DNA of 64,000 nucleotides from Mobula hypostoma (Eukaryota). The notes under the pieces are model-generated. The model saw only the letters and a program-made list of their open reading frames with translations, was not told where the DNA came from and did not search any database. Shown here in pieces: positions 24,651-37,639 of this stretch (position 1 is the stretch's first letter; every line of letters starts with the position of its first letter). Made by a program: the position numbers and the translations under genes. The stretch is from assembly GCF_963921235.1 (NCBI RefSeq), contig NC_086097.1:213654001-213718000 (forward strand), in the 5' to 3' direction.

Positions 24651-26679
24651 CTCATTCCATGTGCAAAATTCCACACCTCTACATTACAATCTATCTTCTA
24701 ACTTTCCACTCATTTACATAATTGATCCAGGCTTTGAAAATAATCTATTCATTACTGATCACAAAGTTTAGTCCAACAGCAAGGTTAATTATGAAATGTC
24801 AAAAATCCTGCTTTCTAATATTCAGATATATTGTGAATTATTCACACTTCTGTGAAACACTTCAGAGTAGAATGTTTCAGATTCTTTTCAATTATCAGCA
24901 ATCTTTTGCTACTAAAATGATTCACAATTCACATAAATGAGTCGATACTCTTTTATAACCACAGACCTTATCCACTAACCTTATCCTTATCCACTAATCC
25001 ACTTATCCACTAATGTTAATTTTTGGCTGACATGAAATTGATGGGTCAAATGTCCATTATGACTGCTATAATCATTTTATTAATTCTTTCTCTTTAGAAG
25101 TTCTAGTGAATGATATCCTTTGCTTAGTATTGCCCATTATTTAGTTACTTCTTTAAGTATGCCATGGCCTCTTGATACAAAAAAGGTTAATGTTGACTAT
25201 TGTATTTTTAGGCATTTGTTCATAAAATCCCATTAATCTCGAATGAAGTAACTTCCCCATCATCAAGTATTAATGCATTTAGGAAATAACAACATATTAT
25301 CTAATAAAGTGGTGCTGAGTGTACACCTGAATCATTGTATACACATGGAACATCTGATAAAACATTGGGGAAAAAAGTCAAAGGTAGTTCAACTCCTTTG
25401 GTTTTATTGCTGGAATGGAGATCCAAGAAGATAATAAGAAGTACATAAAGGTAGAATAAAGATGATAGGTACCATAAGTCAATTAAATAAAAAGGTGACT
25501 AATTTCTCAGTCTAATTTTTATTAAATGATATGTTACCTATACTCTTAAAATTACTTACTACCATCTAAGATTTTCTTCCTTAATGGAAAAAAATGTAAA
25601 ATATTTTTAAACCATGGATGAAAGTGGAGAGATGAGGCATATTACTAAACTGTTCTTTCCATGCACATGTCTCTTGGATACATCAATTATACTTTTCACC
25701 ATCAGCATAAATGCATAAATAGTCTGAACCTGGGGATGCTGATGGAAGAAAACTTACGTGGAAAAATATGTGGAGAATAGAATCGCACATTTCAAAAGAA
25801 AATGGGTTGTATGTTCCAACAATTCACCTGACTTTGACAGATTACTTCCACTGGTGCAAACCTATACTCACATTTACACAAAATATTCATTATGGATAGC
25901 ATTACCCCTTTGTCATGAGTGACTGAAATAATTATCAGCTGAAGGGTTGAACATTTTGTTCCACATTGGAATTACATGCTTTATTTTATCTGCTAAACCT
26001 TTAATCAATCAAATCTTCCAATCCTATCCATCAATCCCCACCCAGTCGATTTAAAATGCATTGATAGGTGAAGCAAATGGCTGACCCTGCTCTAGCTCTT
26101 TGTCAAAATCACCGTACATGAAGCCATAGGATGGGTACAAGATACATAAGAATAAGAAGAAACATTTGGCTATCTTACCTATCCTTCCAAAAACAGGACA
26201 ATTGGTCTTCAGTCACCAAGGTCTTTGTCTCTTCTTTCATCTAAGAAGTATATTCAAAGTATTGCTTTACTCTTTGCTTGTCTAAATTCATGATCACAGT
26301 GTTACTGCTATGTGTAAAATCCTGTGAATCCTTCATCACATTCTTTTGCATTGATTGATCACATGCATTAGAATGCTCGAGTAAGGAATAAATATTCATA
26401 TGTTTTGGTAATTGTGGAGTTATAATCCTTGCTTGTCTTAGTTATATCTTTGATGATGTGAAAATCTGCTGGCCTTGCAGATGGCCCCAGGAGTTGGTCC
26501 AAGAGACAAGATGGAAAAAGTTTAAAAAATTAAATTAAATTAATTAAAAACCACTTGTCATGTGGACCAAAGTTGCTCTATTCCATTGAGTGTACACAGG
26601 GATAGCTGTGGCTCCATTACATCAGTAGCACCAACCGTAGACCAGGCAACTAGTTTATAAAGTACAAGTGCTCTGACTG

Positions 26680-26870
26680 CAATGGCCATCCTGAATTACC
26701 AGTTAAACGCCAATTCAACTCCCTTTCCCATTCTCATATGACATGCCCCTCCTCAGCCTCCTCCACTGCCAGAATCAGGCCACACACTATCTTTCAGTGA
26801 CTCATATTCCGCCTGGATAGACTCCAACTCAATAGTATGAACATTGATTTTTCCCGTTTCAGATAACTCT
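26680..26870 (+). mobile_element. Old PLE GIY-YIG C-terminal remnant
   Basis: Degenerate match to the PLE end (cctgaattaccagtt...ttcaactcc...ctcctccactgcc...atgaacattgattt). Confidence 0.6.
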
Positions 26871-27183
26871 TATCCCTGTTTCCTCCCCAACCCCACAACA
26901 TCCCCACACACTTCCTTCCTATCTACTTAAGTCTGAAAACCTCACCCTGACCACAGACCACTCTCCCACCCCCATCGCTCATGACATCCTTCGTTCATAC
27001 TTGTTATTTGCACATTCAATATGCTGCAATTATTGTCTGCATCTCCAAAGTACTGATTTTGCCTCTTCACCCACCTCCCACAGCACCCCCCCTCACCCTG
27101 GTTACCCTAATTCAATCCTTGAAATGGACTACAAAGTTGCTGGTGAACGCAGTAGGCCAGGCAGCATCTGTAGGAAGAGGTGC

Positions 27184-27219
27184 AGTCGACGTTTCAGGCC
27201 GAGACCCTTCGTCAGGACT
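27184..27219 (-). ncRNA. Minimal type I hammerhead ribozyme, intact core
   Basis: Exact reverse complement of 27485-27520. Confidence 0.85.
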
Positions 27220-27484
27220 AACTGAAGGAAGAGTGAGTAAGGGATTTGAAAGTTGGAGGGGGAGGGGGAGATCCAAAATGATAGGAGAAGACAGGAGGGG
27301 GAGGGATGGAGCCAAAAGCTGGACAGGTGATAGGCAAAAGGGGACATGATCCTCCCGTATCCCCTTTTGCCTATCACCTGTCCAGCTCTTGGCTCCATCC
27401 CTCCCCCTCCTGTCTTCTCCTATCATTTTGGATCTCCCCCTCCCCCTCCAGCTTTCAAATCCCTTACTCACTCTTCCTTCAGTT

Positions 27485-27520
27485 AGTCCTGACGAAGGGT
27501 CTCGGCCTGAAACGTCGACT
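27485..27520 (+). ncRNA. Minimal type I hammerhead ribozyme, intact core
   Basis: AGUC (stem I)-CUGACGA-AGG GUCUCGG CCU (stem II)-GAAAC-GUC^-GACU (stem I'); loop-less palindromic stem III ACGU; predicted cut after 27516. Confidence 0.85.
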
Positions 27521-27904
27521 GCACCTCTTCCTACAGATGCTGCCTGGCCTGCTGCGTTCACCAGCAACTTTGATGTGTGTTGCTTGAATTTCCAGCATCT
27601 GCAGAATTCCTGTTGTTTGCCTTGAAATGGACTTCTAAGTTTGGAACACATGAGTACAATAGTATTCACATTGTGATCCTACTAGAAGGTCGGCTCATGT
27701 AGAGTGCTTTTTTTCTCAGCAATGTAACAATTTTTCAAAAAATCCATCGGCTAGTTAAACACCCAAAGTAGTTGAAGTGCTCTACCTTGCAAACGAATCT
27801 TTGAAAATGTATCTATGCTTTTTTCTAAACGCTTTCGTGAAGACATTGGAAAATAGAAACATAAATGCTAATTTTCATTTGGGATTGCTGAAGGGAATTT
27901 TTCA

Positions 27905-28060
27905 AGTTCAAGTATAATTATCATTCAACCATACATGAATGCGCATGAGTACACCCAAATGAATTAGCATTCCTCCGGGGCCACGGTGCAAAACACATTA
28001 CCAACAATCACACACAGCACAAGGCACATATAGCACATATAAGCTGGCAGTAAGTATTCA
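27905..28060 (-). mobile_element. LINE 3' tail fragment (Rex-like)
   Basis: Starts ttcaagttcaagt, the reverse complement of a (cttgaa)n tail. Confidence 0.5.
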
Positions 28061-28334
28061 GACACACAATATATATATAATATTTAACTCAAGTCCTTGA
28101 GTGGCATGTCCTGTAAACTGATGGTGCATATTATGACTGGCAAATTTTAAGTGAGTTTGTAGCTGAAATTTGAGTTTATACATTGTATTCCAGCAACAAC
28201 TTCCATAGTATCTTGTTTGTTTAAGGTTATTACATGTACCAATGAAAATGCAAACAAGAACAAGCCACATCTATCATTTACACATAAGTTTATCTGCTAC
28301 TATTAAATAGGAGGTCAACATGGAAGCTGTTACC

Positions 28335-28695
28335 TCCTCCTCAACCCCAGATCCTGGCCTTCCTTTTGTAACCTTTGATGCCATGTCCAATCAAGAACCT
28401 ATCAATCTCTGCCTTAATTACACTCAATGACCTGGCCTCCACAGCTGCATGTGGCAACAAATTCCACAAGTTCACCACCCTTTGGTTAAAGAAATTTCTC
28501 TGCATCTCTGTTTTGAAAGGGCACCCCTCAATTATGATCATTGCATTGGCTATCAGTCATCTCAGTCTAATTGGTTTAGGATAGGCAATTGTTGAGGAAA
28601 AATGGATCAGCCATGATGAAATTGCAGAGCAGACTCAGTGGGTCAAATGGCCTAATTTTACTGCTATATACTATGAGCTTATGGTCTTATGGTTT
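28335..28695. mobile_element. CR1 3' end with inverted upstream part
   Basis: 28335-28530 is minus CR1 (IEGCPFKTEMQRNFFNQRVVNLW); 28590-28695 is the plus-strand continuation ending atggtcttatggt. Confidence 0.8.
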
Positions 28696-30886
28696 CTAAA
28701 CTGGATCTTCTCTTCCTAAACCAGTGGGTCTCCTGCTCAAGATTACCAAGCTTGCTTTTCAAAAGCTGCCACTTGAGAGATCAAACAGTCGTAAGTAAAC
28801 TTCCAACTAAATGCTTTATTTGGCTTGTGGGAGCACTTCTTAAAATATAAAGCAGTAATCAGACTGAAGTTAAAACAAAACACTCTCTATAGAACAGCTT
28901 TGTAAACAAGCTCTGTATAGAGCCTCAGACTTGCTGGCACATACCACAAGGCTAACTGCTCAAGAAGTGCAATATAAGACAATGGCTTGTTTCAAAACCA
29001 ACAAACTGACTAAGTTTCTTAGTTCAAGGGAGCTTGCAGACCAGATGGAAATGTATCATATGGTATGTCAAATTACAGATGTTTTTATAGTTGGAAGGTT
29101 TATGGAGTTAAGAAGTTAGCTTCACAGCATTGATTGTAGGTAGCTGGGAACTATGTCTCCAAAAAAAACTTTTAATCTGATGTGTAAAAAGGGTGTCTGA
29201 GGAAATATCATAAACGTGTGAAGTCACTGAAGTGGCAAAGAATCTGTAAAAATGTAGAGAGAAGTTCAGGCTTATTAGTAATGGGGTAAGGAACACCAAG
29301 AACTATGAAAAAAAACATGGGGTGACTAGAATCTATTCCTCTGGCTTCAATTTCTGTGATGGAAGGTTCGTTGGTCTGTATTGTTGCTATGGCTTTTTAG
29401 GTTATAGGAACCGTACGTATGATTTGGAAATCCTTTGGCTTTAGAAATGTTTGTGACTTGAAAATGCTTAAGATAGAAATTCTCTGTGAGTTTTAAATGT
29501 GTTTTAAGAATATTGTTTGAATTTAAGTGTGTATCACTGAAAATAAATGAACTGTATTTTAAACTGCTTTGTCTTCTGGAAGTATGTTCATCTTGGTATG
29601 GAGAGGGGACCCACCACTCTAATAGTGTGTATTAGCAGCTAAACTCATTGTGGAGAGAAAGCATGGAGTAAACTTGTCTTTGAAGATTGGGTAATTACAG
29701 TATAACCTCCCTTTAGTGAGGGTATTCATTGTTATTTATATCCAACAGGGCTTAAAGTTTTCATTTGAGTTTAGAACTTCGTGGTCAGCAAACCCAATAC
29801 CATCACATCTCAGTTGCCAAAAGGTCACACTTTGACAGCCTGAACATCTAAGGCCAAGACATACAACAAAAACAATTTGAAATGACAATAATTAGAGGAC
29901 CTCAGTGAGGAAACAGGATTGTACAGTATCTGAGCAGTAGCAAACAGACAGACTTTCAACTAGACATGTCAATGACATGCAAATTGATATTGCAATAGAC
30001 TTCGATAGTAGGCTAGCTGGTACAGAACAGTTGACAGAAAGCATTGTCATACTGAAAGCTAGGAGAGGGGAGGACAAATGGGTGCAGAGTACAATACAAC
30101 AGCCAGCCATCATTATAATTAAAAAGGGAAAAAAATGTTTTAATTGCGAAGGATTGGCTGAACCATCTCAAGATGAGTTGGAAGAATATTTTAATGTTGA
30201 TTCAAAGTTGCAAAGTTGCATATTATTGGAAAGTTTTGAATATTGGGCATATCTCCATATTCTACACTACCCAACATTATATCATCAATAAATTTGGATA
30301 TATTACATTTAGACCTCTCATCCAAATAATTTACAAAAATTGTGAATATCTGGAATCTAATCCCTGTGGCACCCTACTACCCATAGTCTCCCAATGTAAA
30401 GGTAGCCCACTTGTTTCTACTCTCAGCTTTCTGTCCATTAGCCAATCTGCAAAAGAATAATACCCTATTTTCATGTAATTTAATTTTGTTTAATAACCTT
30501 TTGTGAAGCTGCATGTTGATCATCTTCTGCAGGACTGAATGCACACATAGAGCTGAAAGGTGAGAGCAAGGCACCTAACATCAAAACAGCCTTTGACTGA
30601 GCATCACAACAGAATGTGACCACAAAAATAATTACCTGAGTATCATGCCTTTAATACAAATAATGGAGGATGGGTTTGTACCTCCCAATTCTTCCATCTT
30701 GAACAAGAGTTTAGTATCTCAGGAGTCATTATTTCATCAGCCTTTTCCTTGCCTTGGCAGTTTTCATGCCCTTTTACCGTTTTAATTGCTTTTCATTGCC
30801 TCATTGAGATGATATTTGCATACCATCTGCCAGTTTTCATTTCTTTTCAGCTTGTTAAAATACCTATTAACCCATTAACTCCCCAC

Positions 30887-31014
30887 CTTGACAGCTATGA
30901 AACTGATTCGATCAATCTTTTCTTTCACTGTCTGTTGCTCATCTTGATTTCCGACATGTACTTCCATGTGATGGATGCTCACTCACTCACTGTGCCCAGT
31001 GTCTGCAGCCGTTT
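30887..31014 (-). other. Candidate exon, possibly first coding (MEVHVGNQDEQQTVKEKIDRISFIAVK)
   Basis: Acceptor tttctttttatttgaacag, ATG at 30967 in cacATGG context, 27 open codons to AAG|gtgggg; protein not recognised. Confidence 0.22.
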
Positions 31015-31459
31015 CTGTTCAAATAAAAAGAAATGGCACGATTGGGTTATGTGCAGGTGAGCCCATGTTAGGCAGAAATTCACCCTTACAGAATTCACAA
31101 ATCACTACCTAAAAATTTGAGAAACAAAATCAAAATTTTCTCTGAAAAATTATATAAAAAGATTAAATAATTTTTTTTCAGCTCACATTTGTTTATGCAT
31201 GTCAAGAAGATTGTGGAAAATCATGATACAGACCGTATTCTAGGAACACAACCATCTATAACACAGTGGTACTGTACTGATTTTATAGATTCCTGATATT
31301 AATCGAGTTTGAGATTTTAGGGTATTTACTATGACATGAGGAAAGCCAGTGAGCATATGCAAATATGATTTATATTTGCAGATTTACATGAAAATAATTA
31401 TTTATTATCAAATAATGGCTTAATAAATAAATCAAATGCTGGTACTTGGTAACACAAAA

Positions 31460-31800
31460 ACTTCACGACATCTTAAAAGTTTTTCCCCCAGGCAGTTAAT
31501 CTTAGCAACTATTCTCGTTAACCTCCACCCCACAATCCCCTCCCCTCTCCCCACCCCCAGCCATCCCCCAGTTACTGCACTACATAGCAAACACTTCAAA
31601 CCACTTTTTATAATGCTGTTTACATTGTAAACACTGTTGGTATTTATACATATTTTTTCATAATCTGTACTTTACCTTCTATCTTTATGCTTATATAAGT
31701 TTTTAATCTTTATAGTTGTTGAATGTCGCACCAATATACCACAGCAAATTTCTGATACATGTAAATGTATATGGTGAAAAAAGTTGATCCTCGATCCTTT
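31460..31800 (+). mobile_element. LINE 3' tail remnant (Rex-like)
   Basis: agtttttcccccaggcagttaat...caccaatataccacagcaaatttctgatacatgtaaatg...gatcctcgatcct. Confidence 0.5.
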
Positions 31801-32499
31801 ACCCTTAGTTCTTCCTTGGATAACTGTACCTGTGTTTGTATCTGATGTCTGTTGATGCTGAATGTGAAGATTTGAGAAGATTAATAAGCCAATATCATGG
31901 ATGGGAACAAGTTCAAGCAGTCAGCAAATTGAAAAGTTATATGAGTGGGTGTGGCCTGGAAGAAATGTTCTGTATTGATCTGCCTTTAAATTCAAATGCA
32001 GTTGTTAGGACAGGATGATGGAAAGGAGCGTTGTGTGAATTTTAAATGAATGATAAAGGTAAGCAAACATGTTTTAAAAGAATCATTTTTTATTTTCAGG
32101 TCCTGACATTGAACACTCTTGATCTTTGTAACCTTCTCAAATGTTACAACTCTGAGCTCCATGTGATAGTCGAGCTCTCACCTCTCAAGCATCATACTGC
32201 CAGTGGCAGCCATACAAATAGCTACCTGGGCTCTTGACTCGGAAATCCCCTGTCTGGTTCTCCTTCTTTAGAGACCTTTCTCTTTGATCTATCCCTATTT
32301 CTGGTTGAGTGCCTGCTGTCGATTGTGCTGCGGTAAAATCTCACGAAACTCATCATTAAGCTCCAAGACCTGGGACATGGTACATTGCGATGCAACTGGA
32401 TCCTCAATATTTCACTGGCTGACCCCAGTTAATAATATCTCCTCCACGCTCAACCATCAGCATTGGTGCGCCATAAGGCTGTGTGCTTATCTGCCACCT

Positions 32500-33890
32500 A
32501 ACCAGCTGATATATATTGCTCCTGTACACCTCCTCGTCACCATCTGAAATTCTGCCAATAATAGCTGTCACTTCGGCAAGTTTATAGATGGTGTTTGAGC
32601 TGTGCTTAGCCACACAATCATGGGTGTAGAGAGAGAAGAGCAGTGGGCTAAGTACGCATCCTTGAGGTGCGCCAGTGTTGATCGTCAACGAGGAGGAGAT
32701 GTTATTCCTAATCCGCACAATCTGTGGTCTTCCATCGCATGTGGAGGTACAGAGGCCCAGGTTTTGGAGGTTGTTGATTAGAACTGAGGGAATGATTGCA
32801 CCAAACACTGAGCTGTAAACAATAAACAGTAGTCTGACATATTACTATTGTCCAGGTAATAGTACCAGTATGGTTATGCACTTTGGCAGAAGAAATAAAG
32901 GGGCAGACTATTATTTAAATGGGAAGAGAATTCAAAGTTCTGAGATGCAACGGGACTTGGGAGTCCTCGTGCAGGATACCCTTAAGGTTAACCTCCAGGT
33001 TGAGTCGGTGGTGAAGAAGGCGAATGCAACGTTGGCATTCATTTCTAGAGGAATAGAGTATAGGAGCAGGGATGTGATGTTGAGGCTCTATAAGGCGCTG
33101 GTAAGACCTCACTTGGAGTACTTATTTAAGAAAGGATGTGCTGACGGTTGGAGAGGGTACAGAGAAGATTCACTAGAATGATTCCGGGAATGAGAGGGTT
33201 AACCTATGAGGACCGTTTGTCTGCTCTTGGACTGTATTCCTTGGAGTTTAGAAACATTTTGAATGTTGAAAGGCATGGACAGAGTGGATGTGGCAAAGTT
33301 GTTTCCCATGATGGGGGAGTCTAGTACGAGAGGGCATGACTTAAGGATTGAAGGGCGCCCATTCAGAACAGATATGCAAAGAAATTTTTTTAGTCAGAGG
33401 GTGGTGAATCTATGGAATTTGTTGCCACAGGCGGCAGTGGAGGCCAAGTCATTGGGTGTATTTAAGGCAGAGATTGATAGGTATCTGAGTAGCCAGGGCA
33501 TCAAGGGTTATGGTGGGGCGGGGCAGATGGGACTAAATGGGAGAATGGATCAGTCCATGATAAAATGGCAGAGCAGACTCGATGGGCCAAATGACCGACT
33601 TCTGCTCCTTTGTCTTATGGTGATCCAAGGTCAAGTGGTGAGTCGGTGAGATTGCATCCACTGTAGACCTATTGTTGCGATAGGCAAATTGCAGTGGGTC
33701 CAGGTCCTTGCTTAGGCAGGAGTTGATTCTAGCCATGACCAGCCTCTCATAGCACTTAATCACAGTAGATGTGAGTGCCACTGGGTCATAGTCGTTGAGT
33801 TAGCTCACCCTGCTCTTCATGGACACTGGTATGATTGTCATTCCTTCGAGGCAGGTGGGAACCTTCAAATGCAGCAGTGAGAGATTGAAG
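32500..33890 (-). mobile_element. Rex1/Babar RT segment, split by a CR1 insertion
   Basis: Minus ORFs ALTSTVIKCYERLV...DLDPLQFAY and [23 protein letters not shown]. Confidence 0.9.
32868..33621 (+). mobile_element. 5'-truncated CR1 inserted in Rex
   Basis: MVMHFGRRNK...RLYKALVRPHLEY and RNFFSQRVVNLWNLLP; tail gtcttatggt. Confidence 0.92.
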
Positions 33891-33892
33891 AT

Positions 33893-34495
33893 TGATTTGT
33901 CGACAAAGAAGGCACAACGGTGCCTCTACACTCTTAGAAGTTTACGCATGTCACTAAAAACTTTGACAAGCTTCTATAGATGCACAATGGAGAGTATCCT
34001 AACTGGTTACATCACAGCCTGGTATGGAAACACCAGTTCCCAGGGATGGAAAAGGCTACAGCCCTGCTCACCATTGAATACATTTGCATGGAGTGCTGCC
34101 ATAAGAAAGCACCATCCAGGCCATGCCATCTTCTCATTACTACCATTGGGCAGGAGGTACAGAAGCCTTAGGTCCCACACCACCAGGTTCAGGAACAGTT
34201 ATTGCCCTACAACCATCAGGCTCCTGAACAGTGTAATAACTTCAATTGCCACAACTCTGAACTAATTCTACGAGTCCACTTTCAAGGACTCTTTACAACT
34301 TATATTCGCAGTATTATCTTTTATTTGCACATTTTGTCGTCTTCTGCACAACTGGTTGTTTGTCATTCTTTGTCTGTGCATAGTTTTATTGTAAATTCTA
34401 TTATATTTCTTGTTTTTCTTACAAATACCTGCAAAAAATGAATATCAAGGTAGTACAGTACATTGTAACAAGTACGTACTTTGAATTTTGAACTC
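33893..34495 (+). mobile_element. Rex1/Babar 3' end
   Basis: KKAQRCLY...FYRCTMESILTGYITAWYGN...GRRYRSLRSHTTRF; tail ctttgaattttgaac. Confidence 0.9.
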
Positions 34496-35699
34496 ATGGA
34501 AAAGGTTACTTTAATAGTGTCATATAAATAGAATTTGTTGTTGTGTCCTGTAAATTACTGATTTTAAGTAACAACAGAAATCGGATCCAGGGTACCTGGA
34601 CTGCATATCTCAGCAACCTGTTTTGAGCAGATTAAAAAGAGGTATAAAGGCAGTGGCTTGGATAGTGGTGATACAGGAAACAAAGTTTTAACCTATCTCT
34701 TATACAACCAACAAACAAACTAAACAAGGAAAGGAAGCCTAGAACTTGAGGAGAACGTGAATACTCAAGTTCAGAACTGATTGCAGGAAAACAGTGGTAG
34801 TGCAACATGTAATCAAAGAAAGAGATCTGAGTCACAATAGCATAAATTATACTCTGTGAAAAGCACACTCCATAATCTGATGGACATCTGCAAGGGTGCA
34901 TCAACCTCAGGTACCCACTGATCACTGAACCCTGGCCCTCATACTCTGGACTCACTGATGACAGGACGCTGAACACTAGTCTCAATGATTTGCAAACCCA
35001 GGAGCTTACTGGACCTCACTCTTGTGCCTACGTGCAACTCCAACACTGGATCCTGCCGATAACTCTCTGGCCCTGGGGCGATGGAGGTTGGGCGGACAAC
35101 CAGCCTTCGTCCACACTGGTCTACCAGCCTGACGTCCAGCCAGACATCTTGGCTTGGTCCGCAGATGTCCCACATCTACATCACTGGCCTTCTAACGCAG
35201 CGCGCAGACTTAGACACTACCCTGACCTCTAATTCCCTCACATCCCTGTCTTTAAACACTAACCTGACATAATTCCTCTCTATATCCACAAAACCATCTA
35301 TGTAACAGCCTATCAAATACATCATGGGTGTATTGTTTAAAGAGGAAACATGAGTGATACTGGTGCATCATAAAAACGTGCATTGTTTGATGGAACAGTG
35401 ATTACAAAGAATGACATGCACTGATTGTATTCTATTTCCTGTATTATTTTTATGGATAAAGTTTATTTTTAAAAACCCTAGTGCAGAGCTTGGATTCATT
35501 GATTTCCAGCTCAAAGAGAAGGATGTATTCATCCAGGCAACTTGCTTGATAATACAATTCTAGAATCATGGTGAGGAAACCATTGTGAGTTCTGGTAGCT
35601 AACCACTGGTGGAATAACAATCTCTACTTGGCCTGAGCGTTATTATAGTGAGGAATCTCCTATGAGTGGTTCCGACTCTGTTACCAAAATTTCAACAGC

Positions 35700-36140
35700 A
35701 AGCCAGTTATGCCGAGGATCGAGGCTCGAGGGTTGAATTGGGAGTCCAGAATTTGAGGCTTGTTGGCTGGAGCCCCCAAGTCTGTGAATCTCTGAGTGCC
35801 TGCTGGTGAAATTGAAGCCAACATCTGCGAGCCTGAGCCCAAGCCAGCTGGAGACTGGGGGCCGAAGAATATGGAGTGTCTTGGGTTAGCTGACTTTGTG
35901 TGTGCGTGTGTGGGAGGGAGGAATGGGGCTCATTTTGCTGCTGTTGTTTTGTTGTTTACTGTGTTCTGTTCTGCTGAGTTCAGTGTGTTGTTCTGTCGAG
36001 CATTGTGGGTATGCTATGTCGGACCCAGTATATGTGGCGACACCTGTGAGTTGCCCCACACACCCTCTAGTAGGTAGGTTGTTAATGCAAATGACACAGT
36101 ATGTTTCAATGTACACATGGTAAATAGACTTGAATCCTTA
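35700..36140 (+). mobile_element. Non-coding LINE/SINE-like 3' fragment
   Basis: Ends atgtttcaatgtacacatggtaaatagacttgaatc, resembling LINE-type tails in the window. Confidence 0.4.
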
Positions 36141-37639
36141 GCTAGAATCTTGAATCTTGGCACTTACACAATCCAGAAGGAGGTGAACAATTGTCAGATC
36201 TACAATACAGCTTCCTAAGGGCTTTCGGCTCGTTTGTGAGTCATGGTGATGAAGCATTCTGCCAAATAGCTTCAACAATCTGCTTAGAACATCATTGCAT
36301 GGGATCCATTGTGTCCAATGGGGCCTGCAGAATGTGTTCCACACTGCCCACTGCCTGATGGAGTTGTAGACAAAAATATCATCCTGCAGAAGTTTTTCTA
36401 CGAAAGATGGGTGGTGCAGCAAAGTCCAACTGAAAGGAACAAGGTTGGGCCAATCCTTCACAACAGCAAGCACGTATAGAACCCCAGCATCCAGTCTAAT
36501 CTCCAGTTTTAGTGGAGGTGTGCGCCTTTGTTCCTGCTGCCATCTGTTGTGTGAAATAATACACCTTTGAATGAAATGTCATCCCTTTCAGGTTAATGTG
36601 AATGATCTGAATAAAAAGATTTCACCCTATGTTCCACCTAACATTAGCATCAGAGAAGAACAGTTGTGCCTTCCACTTCCAACTACCGAGATGGTCTCTG
36701 CTGGGAAATGGTGGGAACCCAGGGGGTAAATTTGCTTCGCTAAGCATAATAAGTAGATGTACAATTTAAATCCAGAGCCTCTGAGTGTGGAAGGAAGGAT
36801 GTGGTTATGTAAATGTAGTGAAGAAGGAGGTGAGGGGAGAGGGCTTTGCCACTTCAATAGTCATTTGAAAAAAATCTGCTTGATGTGAGGCTATGGATGC
36901 GAAGACAAATATTCCCCTGTAAAGTTAGGATGTGTGCATCAACCGCTCCAAGCGTAGCCAAATTTAAATTCATTGGTGCACAGATGATTGATGGCCCTCT
37001 TCTTTCTGATCAGGGCTAGAACATATTTAGCAATGCCAGACTTCCACTCATCCAGAATCATCCTCAGTTCATGCAGTATTGCTGCCTCTGGGGCACTAAA
37101 ATGCTGGATGTATAATTGAGTTGGGGGTTGAAAGTATTAAGATGCAGGAGAAAGCTTGCTGGAGTACCATGGGCTGTGTACACTATCAAAACTTCTCTAG
37201 TGCATTTGCTGTAAACACTGTGGAAATTGAATCATGAAATTCATTGGATCTTTTATACAAAAATTTTCGAAGTATTTTCTGCTGCAATTTTGGCTCACCA
37301 CATAATCTTCACAATCTACTTAATGAACCACCCAGCTTCAATAATATAGTTACCTTATGTGTTAACTCAAAGGCTTGATCATTAGTTTTCTATGTCGGAG
37401 CCAGTGATTCTGAGCAACAATCTCAGTCCATGTCCGTTATATTTGAAGAGGACTGAAAAGACAACGGTGTTGATGGCTCTGATGAGTTAGACTTGTTGAA
37501 GTACATCTGAAATTGGAATAAAGTGAAACCACTAAATTAATTGAGAAACATACCAAGGGTCTGTGAAGAGTTAACACTAATCCCAAGCTGTTGTTAAAAC
37601 ATCTCCAAATGATCTACTAAGTAGATGATAGCTACTTAA

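Larger units (their letters stand above)
27131..27619. mobile_element. Young palindromic PLE pLTR element (213-bp inverted arms)
   Basis: Arms 27132-27344 and 27360-27572 with 3 mismatches by eye, 15-nt spacer, 14-bp TSD CCTTGAAATGGACT at 27117-27130 and 27620-27633. Confidence 0.95.

Noticed and set aside
24966..25014. Repeated cttatccactaa units
   Set aside because: Short slippage-type tandem duplication with no further structure; not a CRISPR-like array
26981..27669. Mirror-image ORFs on both strands
   Set aside because: Direct consequence of the palindrome; not coding
34950..34982. gactca-CTGATGA-caggacgct-GAA-cactagtc as a hammerhead
   Set aside because: Lacks GAAA with a pairable stem III, and stem II would have to use the catalytic G
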